In this document: positions 36,352 through 49,164 of the stretch, piece by piece
Numbering within the stretch: the stretch's first letter is position 1
Layout of the letters: each line of letters starts with the position of its first letter
DNA from: Elsinoe ampelina
Taxonomy: Eukaryota
Direction of reading: 5' to 3'
DNA length: 64,000 nt
Assembly: GCA_010093995.1 (NCBI GenBank)
Contig: ML992505.1
Location: 1,817,533-1,881,532, forward strand
Program-made: the position numbers and the translations under genes
Notes under the pieces: model-generated
Seen by the model: only the letters and a program-made list of their open reading frames with translations
Database searches by the model: none
Told to the model about the DNA's origin: nothing

Positions 36352-39300
36352 ATGGCTCCGAGCGCTTCCTCTGAGAACGTCATAGTCATCGATGACGAGC
36401 CGACTTTTGACCGTCCACCTGCGATGAAGTCGACCGCAGCCCCATCAGTGGCGGCCCCAAAGAATGGCACCTTCCGTCAGAACTTCTCCGCAAACAAGGA
36501 TCCTTTTATACCTAGACACATCGATGACGACTTGAAGGAGATACCTAGACCTCACAACTTCGGATCGTCTGAAAAACGCAAGACCGCTCGTGCAACAGCG
36601 GTAAATGTCCCGACGCATTCTGCCGGCGATACTACATCCGGACGGGACCTTAAAAGGAAACGACACGACGAGAGGTACCAGCGAGCTGTGTCTTCTTTGA
36701 AGCCGGTCAAACGTCTAAGACCATCCGGATCATCGCCTACACATACACCTCAGCTGTCTCAAGATGAGAGTGGCTCGTCGTCTGTGGCACAACAGGCCGC
36801 TGGCAACTCTGATACTGACATGGCCCGTCCTTTAATGTATGGCATAAATGGTACCGTCGCACAAAAGCCTCAAGGCCAAATCGATGGACAATTTCATGCG
36901 GGAGCAGAGCGGTTTGCTGTCTTGGCCCAGTCCCAGAAGCAATCGGACGGCGTTGAACGTGGCTTCACGCGGAACACAGCAGCCAACGAGAGGACGGCAG
37001 CATCTGGACGCACCCAAGCCCTACATTCACCCCATGTGCCTACATACGATACATCCAGATCGCAAACTTCGTCTGAACGTCGAACAATGTCTGTCCCCCG
37101 AGCCTCATACTCTCCAGACACAACTGCAAGCCTGTCATCTCAACCCGGCCGTGACGCGAATAGATTTCCCTCGTCGCAAATGTCGTTCAACGGTCGCGGT
37201 GTTGCACGCGTTGCACCTGGACAATCCGCACGTCACTCTATGTCGCCCTTCAATCTATCAAAGGCCGTTACCAATACAAGTACTGGAAAATCGATCCAAC
37301 AATCTACGACCAATCTGGCAGGAGGTGCAGGACGATCTACTGTAATGCCTCCGAGCGGCGGTGCCACGTCTCGAGAGTCTACGACACGTCGCGATCTGTT
37401 CGATCAAAAAGCCTCAGGAATTCAACAAACCAGCATTCCTACACCAACGACATCGAAGAATCATGGTCGCATTGCTCTACATGACTTGCAAAAGACGAAA
37501 AGTCATGATGATCATCCATCCTTGTTGAAAATGGTCAGCGGACGCAATGCAAGTCACGTGACAGATGACACTCGTGCTCAGAAAGTTGCAGCGAGGAAGC
37601 AATTCTTGAGCGTGCAATCAGCTGATCGACAAGTCGACACAAGCAAAGGAGATGTGCGAATAGAACACCAAGGAACCAAGCCTGCTCAGACTAGACTACC
37701 TCCAGAGACAAGCGCACAGCAGCCAAGCCGAACACAAGGCTTGACGAACGGCACCTTATCACCTGTTTCCACGTCGACCAAGATTGACGCAGGCGCTCGC
37801 GAGGCTTCTATGGACGTGCAAGTATCGCTTAACTCATCAACTCTACCGATCACACAAACACGTACGCCCGAATCTAGCAGAGCAGTGACGCCAACAAGGT
37901 TTCCATCACCCTTGAGCAAGATTACCTCGGTCGTAATGCCACCTCCGGCAGTCCCACCTCCACCGACGCACAAACCTGTCGAGAGTAAGCAAGATGTCGA
38001 GGATGCACTGGCTCGTTGCATGACTTCTTTTGTGGAAGATCAGAGATACACAGTCAAGGTCAGTCACATACAGGATTCTAAATACATCCACTAACGAGTA
38101 TCATAGATGGCCTTGGCAAAAGCCAGATGCGTGCGCAAAGTGTTGGAGGAGTCAGACTTGGCTTCTAGTCAGCCACAAAGAGTCTTCATGGAAGGTACTC
38201 TCGAGAGGTCCCTGACGAACGGAATGATTGGGATCAAGAGAAGTAACCCTTTTGTCACTTTAAAGCCGACGCATCGCACCAAGGATGGGAAACCGGACGG
38301 AACTTTCAACTCTGTCACCCTCGAGACTCTTGACCCTGGTGGCAAGAGACTCAAGGTACCGCCACAAATGATCGGGTGTCGACCGACACGCTGGAAAGAC
38401 TCAAGCAAGTCAACTCCAGCTTATACGCACTGCACACAGGTCAGGAAAAATGTCGCTGCTCCAAACCAGAGAGCACTTCACAGTTATCCTTACTTTGGGG
38501 AAAATGTCGATGACAAAGTCTACGAGGCTCTTCACTCGAGGTACGACATCGACGTACCTCAGAGAAATCGGAAAGTACTACAAGGCCAGCAATCGAGGCA
38601 ATACATGTCCAAGGTCCGACAATGGCTAGAGCAGATCGGGTTGTCCGAGAACGACATACTTTACTTCTTGCTTAATCCGGATCCTGAGGGCGACATCTAC
38701 GCTACACGAGACAAACATTGCAGGGAAGATTTCAACCGCGATGGTAATCGATGGAGCAAGGTGTTTGAAATGCTCGACAAGTCGACTTATTCGGTTAAGC
38801 AACTCCAGACAGCAGCGTGGGCTTGTGACACGTTTCTTACTAAAGCCAAATTCAGCATCTGGCACATTGTTCGGAAGGCGCCAGTCACCGATCTAAATGT
38901 TCCACATGACGATACCGACTCGCTCTTGGACCAGGCGCAGGCGCTGGCATGCCGAGTCTGCCACGAGCATGATTGCCCGTACCACATCGACTTTCAAGAA
39001 GTCACTGACGAGGACGAGAGCTACGACGAAGAGGATCCAGTTGCCTCAGCCGAGGCACTTGATGTTGATCATCCTCCGGAGAACAATCTCAAGCGCCGTG
39101 TCACGATTGCCCAGCCTCTTACCGAACGACCAGACTCACGAGATGAGATTGTCGTTGCAGGCCGACCACGTAGCAGGGACAAGGCAGCCTACAAGCGTCT
39201 GCTTGAGCAGATTGTTGAGACATCCAACCACGACAGACATCGCTTCTATCCTTGCTTTCACCCTGGGAAATCCTGCTCCGATGAGAATTGCAAGTGCTTC

Positions 39301-40606
39301 CGAGACGGGCTCCTATGCGAAAAGGCTTGCGGTTGTTCTGCTTCATGCGACCGCAAATTTCAAGGCTGCAACTGCGCATCTGGTAGTAGGAAGGTGTGCT
39401 ATCAAGACGATCGGTGCGACTGCTTCCGGCTGCATCGCGAGTGCGACGCCGATCTTTGTGCGGGCTGCGGTGCAGATGTTGCTCTAGACCCTGAAAATCG
39501 ACACGATGAGAACCTTCGGAAGGAATGCTGCCAGAATATCAATATGCAGCTTGGCATACCCAAGCGTACGATTCTTGGCCGCAGCAGAATCCACGGCTTC
39601 GGTCTCTACTCGGGCGAGACGATCAAGAAGCATGAGTTTGTGGGAGAGTATAGTGGCGAGATCGTTCTCGAAGACGAGCGCATCAGGCGAGGTGAAGTAT
39701 ACGAGATACAGAAGATGAGCTACCTCTTCATCTTGACGGCTGGTGAGTTCTAGTCAGAGGGGACGAAATCTGTCACTAACATTCTCAGACCAGGAGATTG
39801 ACTCCCACCATGTCGGCAACAAGATCCGCTTCGTCAACCATGCTAGCAACATTGGCCGCAATGGAGCTTGCAACCTGCGAGCTGAAATTGTCATCTGCAA
39901 TATGACCCCCCGTATTGGCATGTACGCAATACGGGACATTGCGGTCGGCGAGGAGCTCTTCTTCAACTACGGCGACCACTACATGTCTCTTCTGAAGGAC
40001 ACTGCCGCCGCCGACGACCAGGGAGAAAAAGACAAGGGCAAGAACAAAGCTGGACGTAGGAAGAAGGCTGTGCGTCGTAGGAAGAAGCTGGTCGACGAGT
40101 TCGCTGAGCCCGAATACGATGAGCCCGAATTGGTGGAGAAGGGCGAAGGATCGGCCGCAAGCAAAAAGGTCACTCCTAGGTGGCGTGATGACCGTGACAA
40201 GGATAAGCGGGGGATGGCAAGCAAGTCGGCCGGCTATGGTACTCCCATGGAGCTGGACGAGGGTGAAGAGATTGCCGAGAGCGAAGCTGATGAGCTGGAG
40301 GCAGAGCCGGAAGAAACCCCGATCAAGACTCGGCGTGGCGGCAAGAGGAAGAAGATGGTCGTCGACGAAGATGAGGTAGACGAGAGCGACTTTGAGCCAG
40401 AAGGCGATGGGGTACCCAGGAGGGTCAGCGGCAGAGCAGCGAAACGACGACGAACAGAACCAGAGGGAGACGAGGATAAAGTAGCGCCGGTGGTGGACGA
40501 GAGTGAAGAGGAGCAAGAAGTGAGACGGTATGTGGCTCCCATCATCAATGGGAAGAAGAAAAGGGGAAGGCCGAAGAAGAGCTTCTATGAAGGCGGAGAT
40601 GATTGA
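36352..40606 (+). CDS. KMT6: PRC2 catalytic H3K27 methyltransferase (EZH2/KMT6/SET-7); introns 38059-38106 and 39743-39788
   Basis: CXC domain (PCFH...C...CKC...CEKACGC...C...FQGCNC...C.CF...RECDADLC) followed by SET motifs GFGLY, FVGEYSGE, RFVNH and ELFFNYG. Long disordered N-terminus; the start codon is inferred. Confidence 0.92.
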
Positions 40607-41232
40607 TTGATTGCTGACATGTTAGACCTGGAAGACGCCGTGTACCGTAGAGACATGAAGAAGGCAAGCGATGTGAAGGGTCAGCTACATGAGGGTCTAC
40701 TGAGGGGTCAGCGCAGACTTGCTAGTTTCGGATTGTTGTAAGCATAGATATCGAGCGGAATACATGAGTAGCCGAACCGTGGAGAGCACAGCCCATGCAG
40801 AGCGATTTGCTCCATTGTGACATTCGAGAAGATGCACGCAAATTAGCCTGCCCTGGTGCTATCCAGTGCTGTCCACCACCTCAAACAGGATGGTCCTCGT
40901 ACGGCATCCTGGATGGGAAGGCAGTCCATGGACACGCCCAGGACACTCGGGAACCACAAGTGTCGATAGTCAAAAGCAGCCGCACAATCGGTCCTGGACA
41001 CTTTGGCAACAACGTATCAACATGACCAAGCATGATATTCATAATTCACAAGCACAAAGAACATGGTGTGACGAAAGAGACAAATACATTAATCCAACCC
41101 AAAACTCCGACAAACTCATCCCGTAGGAAAGCAAGGTATACCCAAACGCAACAAAAATTTCCAACCCAAACAAAACCCAAACAAAACCCAAACCAACTCC
41201 AATCTGTACATGACCCTAGCAGACAACACAAA

Positions 41233-41814
41233 CTACCTCCTCCTCTGCTGCCCCGGGACAGGTCCACTCCCCACGATGCCCTTCCCCTGCCTCCCCTCAC
41301 TCCACCACTGCATCTTCGCCTTGCTGATCTCTTCGGCCTCAGCTTCTTGCTTCCTCGTGGGGCCATGAATCCCTCCTCTGCGCTTCAGGACCGGGGTGAG
41401 GAAGGTCCTTGCGTCTTGCTTGGCTGTGACCTTGGGCTTGGTAGTGCCCTTCTTGGTGGCGGGGTCGGTGATGCCCTTTGCTGCCGTGGCGATGGCTCGC
41501 TTGCTGGTCTCGGCGTGTTTGACGGCCTCTTTGCGCTGGATGACGGCGTGGCGGTACAGGCGGCGTTCCTTGGAGAGGGTGGTGCGGAAGGCGGAGAGTT
41601 TGCCTGTGGGAGAGCTGGGAGGGGGCCGGCGGGCGAGGGAGGTTGGGATGGGGTAGGGGTTGGTGGCGGGTGGTGTAGAGGGGGAGGTTGGGGCTGTGGA
41701 GGTGGGTGAGGGGGAGCGGGAGAAGATGGAGGAGTGGGTGGTGGTGGGAGAGGAGGAGGTGGTGGTGGCAAAGGAGGTGGATGAGGAGGTGGTGGCTCTG
41801 GTGGACGAAGCCAT
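41233..41814 (-). CDS. Hypothetical basic protein with a Ser/Thr/Pro-rich N-terminus, ~193 aa
   Basis: ACCATGG start context, TATATA near 42045-42051 on the minus strand, a CA-rich leader and an open frame to TAG. No recognised domain. Confidence 0.55.
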   Translation of the reverse strand: MASSTRATTSSSTSFATTTSSSPTTTHSSIFSRSPSPTSTAPTSPSTPPATNPYPIPTSLARRPPPSSPTGKLSAFRTTLSKERRLYRHAVIQRKEAVKHAETSKRAIATAAKGITDPATKKGTTKPKVTAKQDARTFLTPVLKRRGGIHGPTRKQEAEAEEISKAKMQWWSEGRQGKGIVGSGPVPGQQRRR

Positions 41815-42759
41815 GGTGTGGAAGATGGTGATACTGCGAGGGTCAGATGTGTGCTCCTGGCATATCATGTGAGCAGATGGGACTTACTTGAGAGAGGTTA
41901 GGTGTGGAGGTGTTGGTAAGGTGTTGGGTGTGAAGATGTTGATACTAGAGTCTGGAAGACAGGTATGTGTGCTGGAGACTCAAGATGTGTGTAGATAAAA
42001 TCTGGAGACAGGGAAGGGACGGACAGAGCAGTTTAGAGGGCGCATATATAGGGAAACACTCCGAAAAGATCACAAACCCGAGATAGAGTTAGTGATTCTG
42101 CAAGAAACAAAACTTTGAACCGAGTCATACTCAGATCACGACAAAAGAAACATGATATCGTGATCTTCCTCTTTAGGAGAAAAAGAAGTGTGTATCGTGA
42201 GCAAAAGTAAGAGGATGATGCCTATCAGCGCCAGAATGATATTGAACATCTCGTGGAAGCTCTTCGACCTCGTCGGCTCTGGACTCTTAGAAAAAGCAAA
42301 ATCTCACAAGCCACGCATAGAGAAGCAGACCAGCCGATTTCGTTACACATACAACCTAGGTGATACTCTTGCTCTCAAAGGGAGTAAAAAAGGGCTGCAA
42401 GCAATCATCACGTACTCGACCTTGCCGTCTCCTTTCTTTGTTGCATTAAAGTAGTGTCAGCTTCTACAAGAATCTTTGAGTACGTCGCTGTCACGGTCAA
42501 ACAAGTTTGAGAATGTAGCATTATATGTTTGTCGATCTTGTCTATTGATTGATGAAGTGAAGTCGGAAAAACTCGCGGCTAAAATGACAGATGCAGGGCC
42601 ATTGAGCAAAGACCCTGGAATGGCCTGAAAAGTGCCTGAAAAGTGCCGAGCTTCTGGAAGGCGAAACGACGCCAGAATTGCGGGGGTCGAAAGTGGCATT
42701 TCTGGAGTCGTGTCCTCTTGCTTCTAAACATCGTACTTGACATTTACACACATCACAAT

Positions 42760-43269
42760 ATGCAATTCAGATCAATCGTCACGGGCCTTGCCCTCTTTGC
42801 CGGTGCTGTCAGCGCTTTGGACAAGCCATTGGATATCAAGAAGGATGTCGAGAAGACGGACTGCGGAAAGCGGTCAGAGCGAGGTAAGGCCAGCCATTCT
42901 GTTGGAGTGGTACAATTCTCTGACTTTACATAGGCGATTTGATCTATGTTCACTACAGGGGAACACTCGAGAAGGACGGCTCCGAGTTCGACGCTTCGTA
43001 CAACCGCGGTCAACCACTGTCCTTCAAGGTCGGTAGCGGCCAAGTTATCAAGGGGTGGGACGAAGGTCTCTTGGATATGTGCGCGGGTGAGAAGAGGACT
43101 CTCACCATCCAGCCAGAGTATGGCTATGGTGCACGAGACATGGGTCCAATCCCGGCCAACAGTGTCTTGAGTATGTTCCCAGCCTCCAATTACATTGCTC
43201 TTTACTAAGTGTACAGTCTTCGAGACGGAGATGGTCAGTGTCGGTGAAGCACCAAAGCAGGAGCTCTAG
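42760..43269 (+). CDS. FPR2: ER-luminal FKBP-type peptidyl-prolyl isomerase; introns 42884-42933 and 43171-43216
   Basis: Signal peptide, [48 protein letters not shown], and a C-terminal KQEL* retention-like signal. Confidence 0.92.
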
Positions 43270-43341
43270 AGGAGTATCCCTAAAGTCTAAGATACCAGTC
43301 CCAGCGCCAGGACAACGAAAATGCAACCATCACATCTGCTC

Positions 43342-43840
43342 TCAATCCTGATTCTGTGCCAACTCTTCCATCGCCTTTACACCATGCTCAAGTTCACGTA
43401 TTCGTTGTCCAATACGTCTTTGCACCTCCTCGCCCAGTTCCTTGTCCGGACCTTCCACAACCTCTTTGAATGCTGCCTTGACTTTATCCAGCTCTTCGCG
43501 TGCAGCCGCCCGATCATCTTCTGCGTATACCGTCATCTTTTCTGTTTCCTCCATGGCGATTTCAAACTGAGGACTATGAGCAAGTGCTTCAGGATGACCT
43601 TGACTACTGTACCTCATCTCTGGCCGTTGCGTATAATTCTGTAATTTCCTCAATCTTCTCGTCAGCAAGCGCCTTGTTCGACGCCCATCGTACCAGCGAT
43701 GGTGTATGCGAAGCCGCTCTAGTCTGTACAGATGCTACTCGTGCAGTTCGTCCTGGCCGTGTGATTTGTGAAATGCTTCTCGAGGCTGTTCTGGTATGCT
43801 GATGAAGCGCCCGGCATGCTGCACGTCGAATTGCAATCAT
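43342..43840 (-). CDS. Conserved small hypothetical protein, probably mitochondrial; intron 43567-43612
   Basis: Arg/Ser/Ala-rich presequence-like N-terminus, then a helical region ITELYATARDE|FEIAMEETEK.TVYAEDDR...IGQRIRELE. Confidence 0.7.
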
Positions 43841-44150
43841 GGCGTATTTTGGTAACAGTACGCCCGGCCGGAAATTAGTTCTAGATGATGGATAGATGCG
43901 GTTCGATGATGGAGGATTGAAATTCAGTTGCTCGAGCTAGGTACCTTGCAATCCAGCAGAGAGATCTCGAAAATGACGTCGACCAAAATGCGGCGGGCCG
44001 CGGCAACAACAGCTCGTCGCAGATCGCTAGGCAGGCTGCCTTGTCCTCAACAACATTCATCGGACCGTACAGTGGACCAGGAAAGAGATGATAGCGACAA
44101 TCCGGTATGACACGCGCATCTTCTTAAGCGCCTAGACCAATCTCCCCAAA

Positions 44151-44327
44151 ATGATGTGGATCCAGACTGTTTTGCTACTCCTCGCCACCGGATTTGCTTT
44201 CTACTTTATCATCAACCTTATGCTTGCTGGAGTCGAGGATCCGGACGAAGAAGATACGGCACCACTTCGAAGATCATCGTCACACGATTTTGACATTCCT
44301 CCACCAAGCGACAAGAAGTCCGACTAG
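44151..44327 (+). CDS. 58-aa ORF with an N-terminal transmembrane segment, ending 2 nt before the cytochrome b5 ORF
   Basis: AAAATG start, sequence MMWIQTVLLLLATGFAFYFIINLMLAGVEDPDEED..., and a TAGacATG junction. Confidence 0.5.
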   Translation: MMWIQTVLLLLATGFAFYFIINLMLAGVEDPDEEDTAPLRRSSSHDFDIPPPSDKKSD

Positions 44328-44329
44328 AC

Positions 44330-45118
44330 ATGGCTTCTGAATACGACGACTCGGACGATGAGTTTGAGGACGCCCGTGAGAATCAGGATGATCAAGCCAC
44401 TCCAAAGGCTCTACCATCAGAGCCAGCGTTGGCGGTGCCGATCTTCAATCTATACGAAGATCAGACTCATACCACAACACTGCGCAAAGAAGTATCGACA
44501 GCAAACATTTCCAGGAACATGGCTCCGCCATCTCTACCTCGTTTCAATGGCACATCTCCGTCACAAGTCAAAGGCAGTAGTCTGATGCCGCCCCCGACAG
44601 TCAAGCCTTCACTACGACCAAGCCCGCAGGTGCCGCAGATGGGCGGCGGACTCAGAGTGCCAACGACAGGCCCACTACCTAATCGAGGGGCCCCCTCTAC
44701 CCCACGAGGGCCACAGAATATCGGACCAGCCCCACAAGCAAACACGGCCGGCAAGAGGAACAAGGTCCTCCTCAAGCCTGGTCATTCTCCCCTGGATTGG
44801 GCTACCCTGACCAAGAGCGGAAATCTAGCGGGCGTACCCTCCATGCAGAGAGTCACCCCATCAATGCTAAAACACAACAATGGTCGGAAGGGCAAGCCTG
44901 CTTGGTCGAGTTACAAGGGCAAGGTGTATCACATATCTCCATATCTGCCTTTTCATCCTGGTGGCGAGGGAGAACTTATGAGAGCAGCAGGGAGAGATGG
45001 TGAGAAGGCGTTCATGGAGATTCACCCGTGGGTGAATTGGGACAACATGCTGAGTAGTTGCTTGGTTGGTATCATGGTTTCGGAAGGTGCGGATGAAGGC
45101 TTGGACGGTCTGGATTAA
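44330..45118 (+). CDS. IRC21: Cytochrome b5-like heme/steroid-binding protein (Irc21-like)
   Basis: KVLLKPGHSPLDWA, W..YKGKVY.ISPYLPFHPGG.GELMRAAGRD, and HPWVNWDNML..CLVG. Confidence 0.85.
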   Translation: MASEYDDSDDEFEDARENQDDQATPKALPSEPALAVPIFNLYEDQTHTTTLRKEVSTANISRNMAPPSLPRFNGTSPSQVKGSSLMPPPTVKPSLRPSPQVPQMGGGLRVPTTGPLPNRGAPSTPRGPQNIGPAPQANTAGKRNKVLLKPGHSPLDWATLTKSGNLAGVPSMQRVTPSMLKHNNGRKGKPAWSSYKGKVYHISPYLPFHPGGEGELMRAAGRDGEKAFMEIHPWVNWDNMLSSCLVGIMVSEGADEGLDGLD

Positions 45119-45373
45119 AGTGTTGCATTCTAATATGAGATACCCTGAATAAATGCTATAACGTGACCTCATGGCATGTGATATTCAAAGTGGCTGCACG
45201 TGCTCAGCGTGGGATTTTCGTGGCATGCATTTCGGCTTCTTCGCGTCATCCGCGAACCACTTCCGCCTAAAACTTCACCACCCTGCCAGAACTTCCTCCG
45301 ATTTCGCCTGTCCACCCTCGCTGAGCACCGTACTAGCCATGCGAAACAATTGAATGTGGTATACCCAGCAGCA

Positions 45374-48051
45374 ATGTGGTTCTTGAGCTGCGACGGCGAC
45401 CACCTTCAAGGTAGACAGCTTTCCACCTTCCATCACCTCCGCATCTGACCATTCACCAGGCAAGTCGGTATGGCTGAGGCCCGGCTCCAAGCACCTCTTC
45501 GGCAGGACTCATCCTGGCCCTGGACCAGATCGTAAGCATAGACAGCCGAGCTCTCGAGGACCGTCTAACATTCACGAGAATTCCACGCCATCACCCACAA
45601 GTCGGTGTCACGCAGGCACTTTGAGCTTCATGTAGCTGCGGTCGAACCAGGCGCCAGCGTCCGTCCTCCACAGCACCTTGTCTAGAATATGTCTGACATC
45701 ATAACAGGCCAAGATACACAAGCGGAGTACCATTACGATCAAAGATCTGGGATCTAAGACTGGCACTCACATCGACAATGAAAAGATCAAAGGAGACAAC
45801 TTGGAGCAAAGCTTCAGTACAGGAGATCATGTCCTCAGACTGGGCAACTACCAAGTTCCCTTTCGGTACGCTACAGTCCGGTCTTTCCACCAGCACCAGA
45901 GCTGACCTAGACAGTGTCAAGTGGCACCCTATGGTCTTCTCCTTCTCCAACATCCCCAAAAGAGCGAGGCAGTCAGGTGATCCTCTTGCCGAGCACCGGG
46001 CCAAGGTCGAAGAGCTGGACGTAAAGTGTGTCACGGAATATGTTGCCAATCAGACAAGTCATGTCATCACAAACAAGAGAAACACAGCCATGGCACTTCA
46101 GGCGCTGGTCAATGGAAGGGCAATTGTCACAGAGGACTATCTTGAGGCGATCCAGAAGGCTAGTGAGCGGACGACTGGAGAAGACGACGTTGTGTCATCG
46201 TCATTGGAGCGTGACTTTGACCTCAATTGGCCCAAGGAGCTGGACTATCTGCCCGGACCCGCCCAAGAGCCACACCCGCGCCCTGAACATGATGAGATCT
46301 TCCTACCCAAGCAGCCGCGAAGCGAAATGTTCAGCAAGTACGTCTTCGTCTTCATGACCGAGGGTCAGTATCAGACCTTTCTGCCAGTCATCACTGGAGG
46401 CGGAGGCAAGGCTCTCCTACGCGAAGTTGCAGGACCTGATGATAACCCTGATTTTGATGACTTTCTCGATTTCGTCAAGGGTTGCGCCGGCAAAAAGGGT
46501 GATGCGGCTTTTCGCCTCAGTCAACATCCTGCAGAAAAGGGCGGCGTAGTGGTGGTCCGACCAGGCGATATTGAAAAGACTGCTGGTGCACACTTCATTC
46601 GTCGCCTTGACTTGTCTCTCGACCAGCGAAGCGTTGTCCAGAATGAGTTCCTGGAGGCCATACTCCTCATGGATCCTAAGGTCCTGCGCCGCCAACTCGA
46701 ATCAGACCCAGCTGGCGTCGATGAGCCTGAAGATCCCGATACGGAGAGAAGCAATACTGTGGCCCCTTCAGGTGCAGAGGATCGCCAGGCGTCGCCGCCG
46801 AAATCATCCGCACCAGCCCGCAAGCGACGCAACTTCACGAGACAGAAGATCACTACATTTGACGATTTTGATCCGTCGCAGATCCAACGCGGCAGTCCAC
46901 CTCCGGCAGCACAGGGCTCACTCTCGCCAACCTCGCAGTCGCAGCAGTCCTCCGCGGAGCATGTTGCCCCATCACAAGCTACACAAGGACGGAAGCGTCC
47001 TGCAAATACACCGCTGCGTCCCGTCGAAACGACAGGACAAGTTCTTGACAGCATCTTCACTGGAGCGGCAGCTGCGAAGAAGCGTCGCCTGGACACGGCG
47101 ACGAATGGGACCAAGCGTGATGCTTCCGAAGCTCTTGGGTCAGACGATGATACCTCTCGAGCTGGAGTAGGCAAGAACAAGAAGCGCAAGTCAGCCGAAG
47201 AAGAGGATGTCATGGCACAAGTCAAAGCTCAACGCGAACAAGAAGATAGGAAGCGTCTCGCCGAAGAAGAAGCCGCCGCTCTCGCCATGGAGGGCGTCGA
47301 CTACCAAAAAGTGCGCGAGGGTCTCGTCATCGAAGACATGCCAGTCCGTCAAGCCTCCGCGGCTCCAGAAGACCGATGGAAAGACGAATGGAACGGTCGA
47401 GCAAACTGGAAGCGTTTCAAGAAGCGCAAAGCCGGCGAGAACCACGACGAAGACGGTCCCAGCCAACGACGCGTCATCGTCGGCCTCGAAGTTTTCTCCA
47501 AAGACAGTCTGGAAATGGACTGGGGCGTGAATCGCGGATCGAGATACAGCCAAGGCAACACCAATCGCGGCGACCGTGAAGAAGAAGACACCGACACCCC
47601 AGCCGGCATCCGCAGACGCAGACGCGGCATCCTCGCTGAACCATCTCCTGCTCCTACCAATGACGGCGATGATGGCAATGACACGATCGAAGACGCAGAC
47701 CTCCTCTCCCGCATTGAGCGTAGCAGAATAGACGACGAGCGCGAGGACGCAGCACGCGAAATGGACGTGCTGGACATGGGGAATGTTCGCGATCCGGAGA
47801 TGCGGAGGAGGCAGGAAGAGGCGAAGAGGCGGGACAAGGAGAAGAAGAGGGAGAGGTTGAGTCAATTGACTAGTCATGGGTCTGGGGGTGGGCAGGCTGG
47901 GGAGAGGCAGGGTTTGCTGAGTGGGTTAAGGGAGATGGATAAGGGGAGGGAGAAGGAGGTGAGCAAGGAGAAGGGGAGGAAGAGGCCGAGGGAGCAGGTC
48001 GAGGAGGATGATGGGGAGGGGAGGGGGTTTAGGAGGAGGAGGAGGGGGTAG
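45374..48051 (+). CDS. NBS1: Nibrin/Nbs1 (FHA-BRCT, MRN complex); introns 45411-45459, 45532-45578, 45659-45707 and 45866-45914
   Basis: Spliced FHA domain MWFLSC...GKSVWLRPGSKHLFGRT...HKSVSRRH...DLGSKTGT, BRCT-like TSHVI..KRNT..ALQALVNG, an Mre11-binding-type motif WNGRANWKRFKK, and an acidic-then-FRRRR C-terminus. Confidence 0.9.
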
Positions 48052-48429
48052 TGATGTCTACATGGAGGGATGGAAAGGGACGGGTGGAGAAACTGGTGGG
48101 AGGATGATCGAGCTTGTCTTGTAGCGTTCTAGCGATAGATACCCATATTGAGTTGTCTTATCTTTGACATGCCTTTTTCCTATCCAAACGTCGTGGAGCG
48201 TCCTGTTGTGCCGCCATCCTTTCCAATTGCAATATGCATAAGGACCCAAGACATGACCTGTCCGTTCCATACTGGCACTCGCAATGTTGCACCACCAACA
48301 TATAAAATCACTCATCATGTCCGTCTCCTGAATCCGGCTGGTGTCCGACCCTCGATCCCCTTCACCGATCCTGTCCCACCTCACACCCACCTTTTACGCT
48401 TTGCTCAACCACCAAGACCAGAGAAGCCA

Positions 48430-49164
48430 TCACCGCCCCCAAAAAGCCTCCAAACTCCTCTGCCCGCCTCCCCTCCCACTCCCAAACCCCTCATCCACAA
48501 CCATCTCTTCCCCTCTCGACCCCCGTCCGTCTCCCCCTCCCGACTCCCCTACCATCTCCCGACCATCTCGTCCGTCCCCATCCCAAGCACCCTCCCACTC
48601 CATCCCCCCCTCTTGCTCCCACTCCTCCCTGTCACAGACGGGAGATACGGGTGGACTCACGTGGGCATGCCGCTGAGCGGCGAAGAGGATACGGAGGGTG
48701 TGTGCGTGGATGATGGACTCGGGGGGACGGTTGTCCCTGTGTCGTTTTTGGGTGCGGGAGGGGAGGGAGGAGGAGAGTCGGTCTTTTTCTCTTTCTCTTT
48801 GGCTTTCACCTTGTGACTCGGGACTGGCGAAGGGGAGGGCGGAGGGATGTGGGGAGGAGTGGGATGAGGGAAGGTGTGGCCAGGACGACACAGGCGTGTC
48901 TGCCGATTGTTGGTGGGGTTTGAGATTGTGTCGGTGGCATGCGAAAGGGGAGGATTCGGGGAAGGCGGATACGCTTGTTGGGAATAGAGATGAGGAGGTG
49001 GTGGGAGAGGAGAAGAGGGGCTTTGATTGTGGGAAGAGGTTGGGCAGGTTGTAGTTTGAGGAGGACCAGGAGGGTGGCGCGTTTGGGGAGGAGGAGTGGG
49101 AGAAGGGCGAGACTGATGGCGAGGTCGTGAGGGAAGGGACAGAGCGCTTGCGTTTGAGGGCCAT
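48430..49164 (-). CDS. Conserved fungal hypothetical protein (NLS-like MALKRKRS)
   Basis: The motif SRTQKRHRDNRP....IHAHTL..LFAAQR and the end QRSLEAFW resemble a recurring uncharacterised Pezizomycotina family (recalled, not searched). Confidence 0.6.
   Translation of the reverse strand: MALKRKRSVPSLTTSPSVSPFSHSSSPNAPPSWSSSNYNLPNLFPQSKPLFSSPTTSSSLFPTSVSAFPESSPFACHRHNLKPHQQSADTPVSSWPHLPSSHSSPHPSALPFASPESQGESQREREKDRLSSSLPSRTQKRHRDNRPPESIIHAHTLRILFAAQRHAHVSPPVSPVCDREEWEQEGGMEWEGAWDGDGRDGREMVGESGGGDGRGSRGEEMVVDEGFGSGRGGGQRSLEAFWGR

Noticed and set aside
41161..41195. CAAAACCCAAA x3, superficially telomere-like
   Set aside because: It is not CCCTAA. It is a simple repeat in the C/A-rich flank of a skew island.
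32980..48051. Apparent cluster of chromatin and DNA-repair genes (EAF, KMT6, IRC21, NBS1)
   Set aside because: They are interspersed with unrelated genes and share no visible regulatory motif. Chance adjacency is sufficient.
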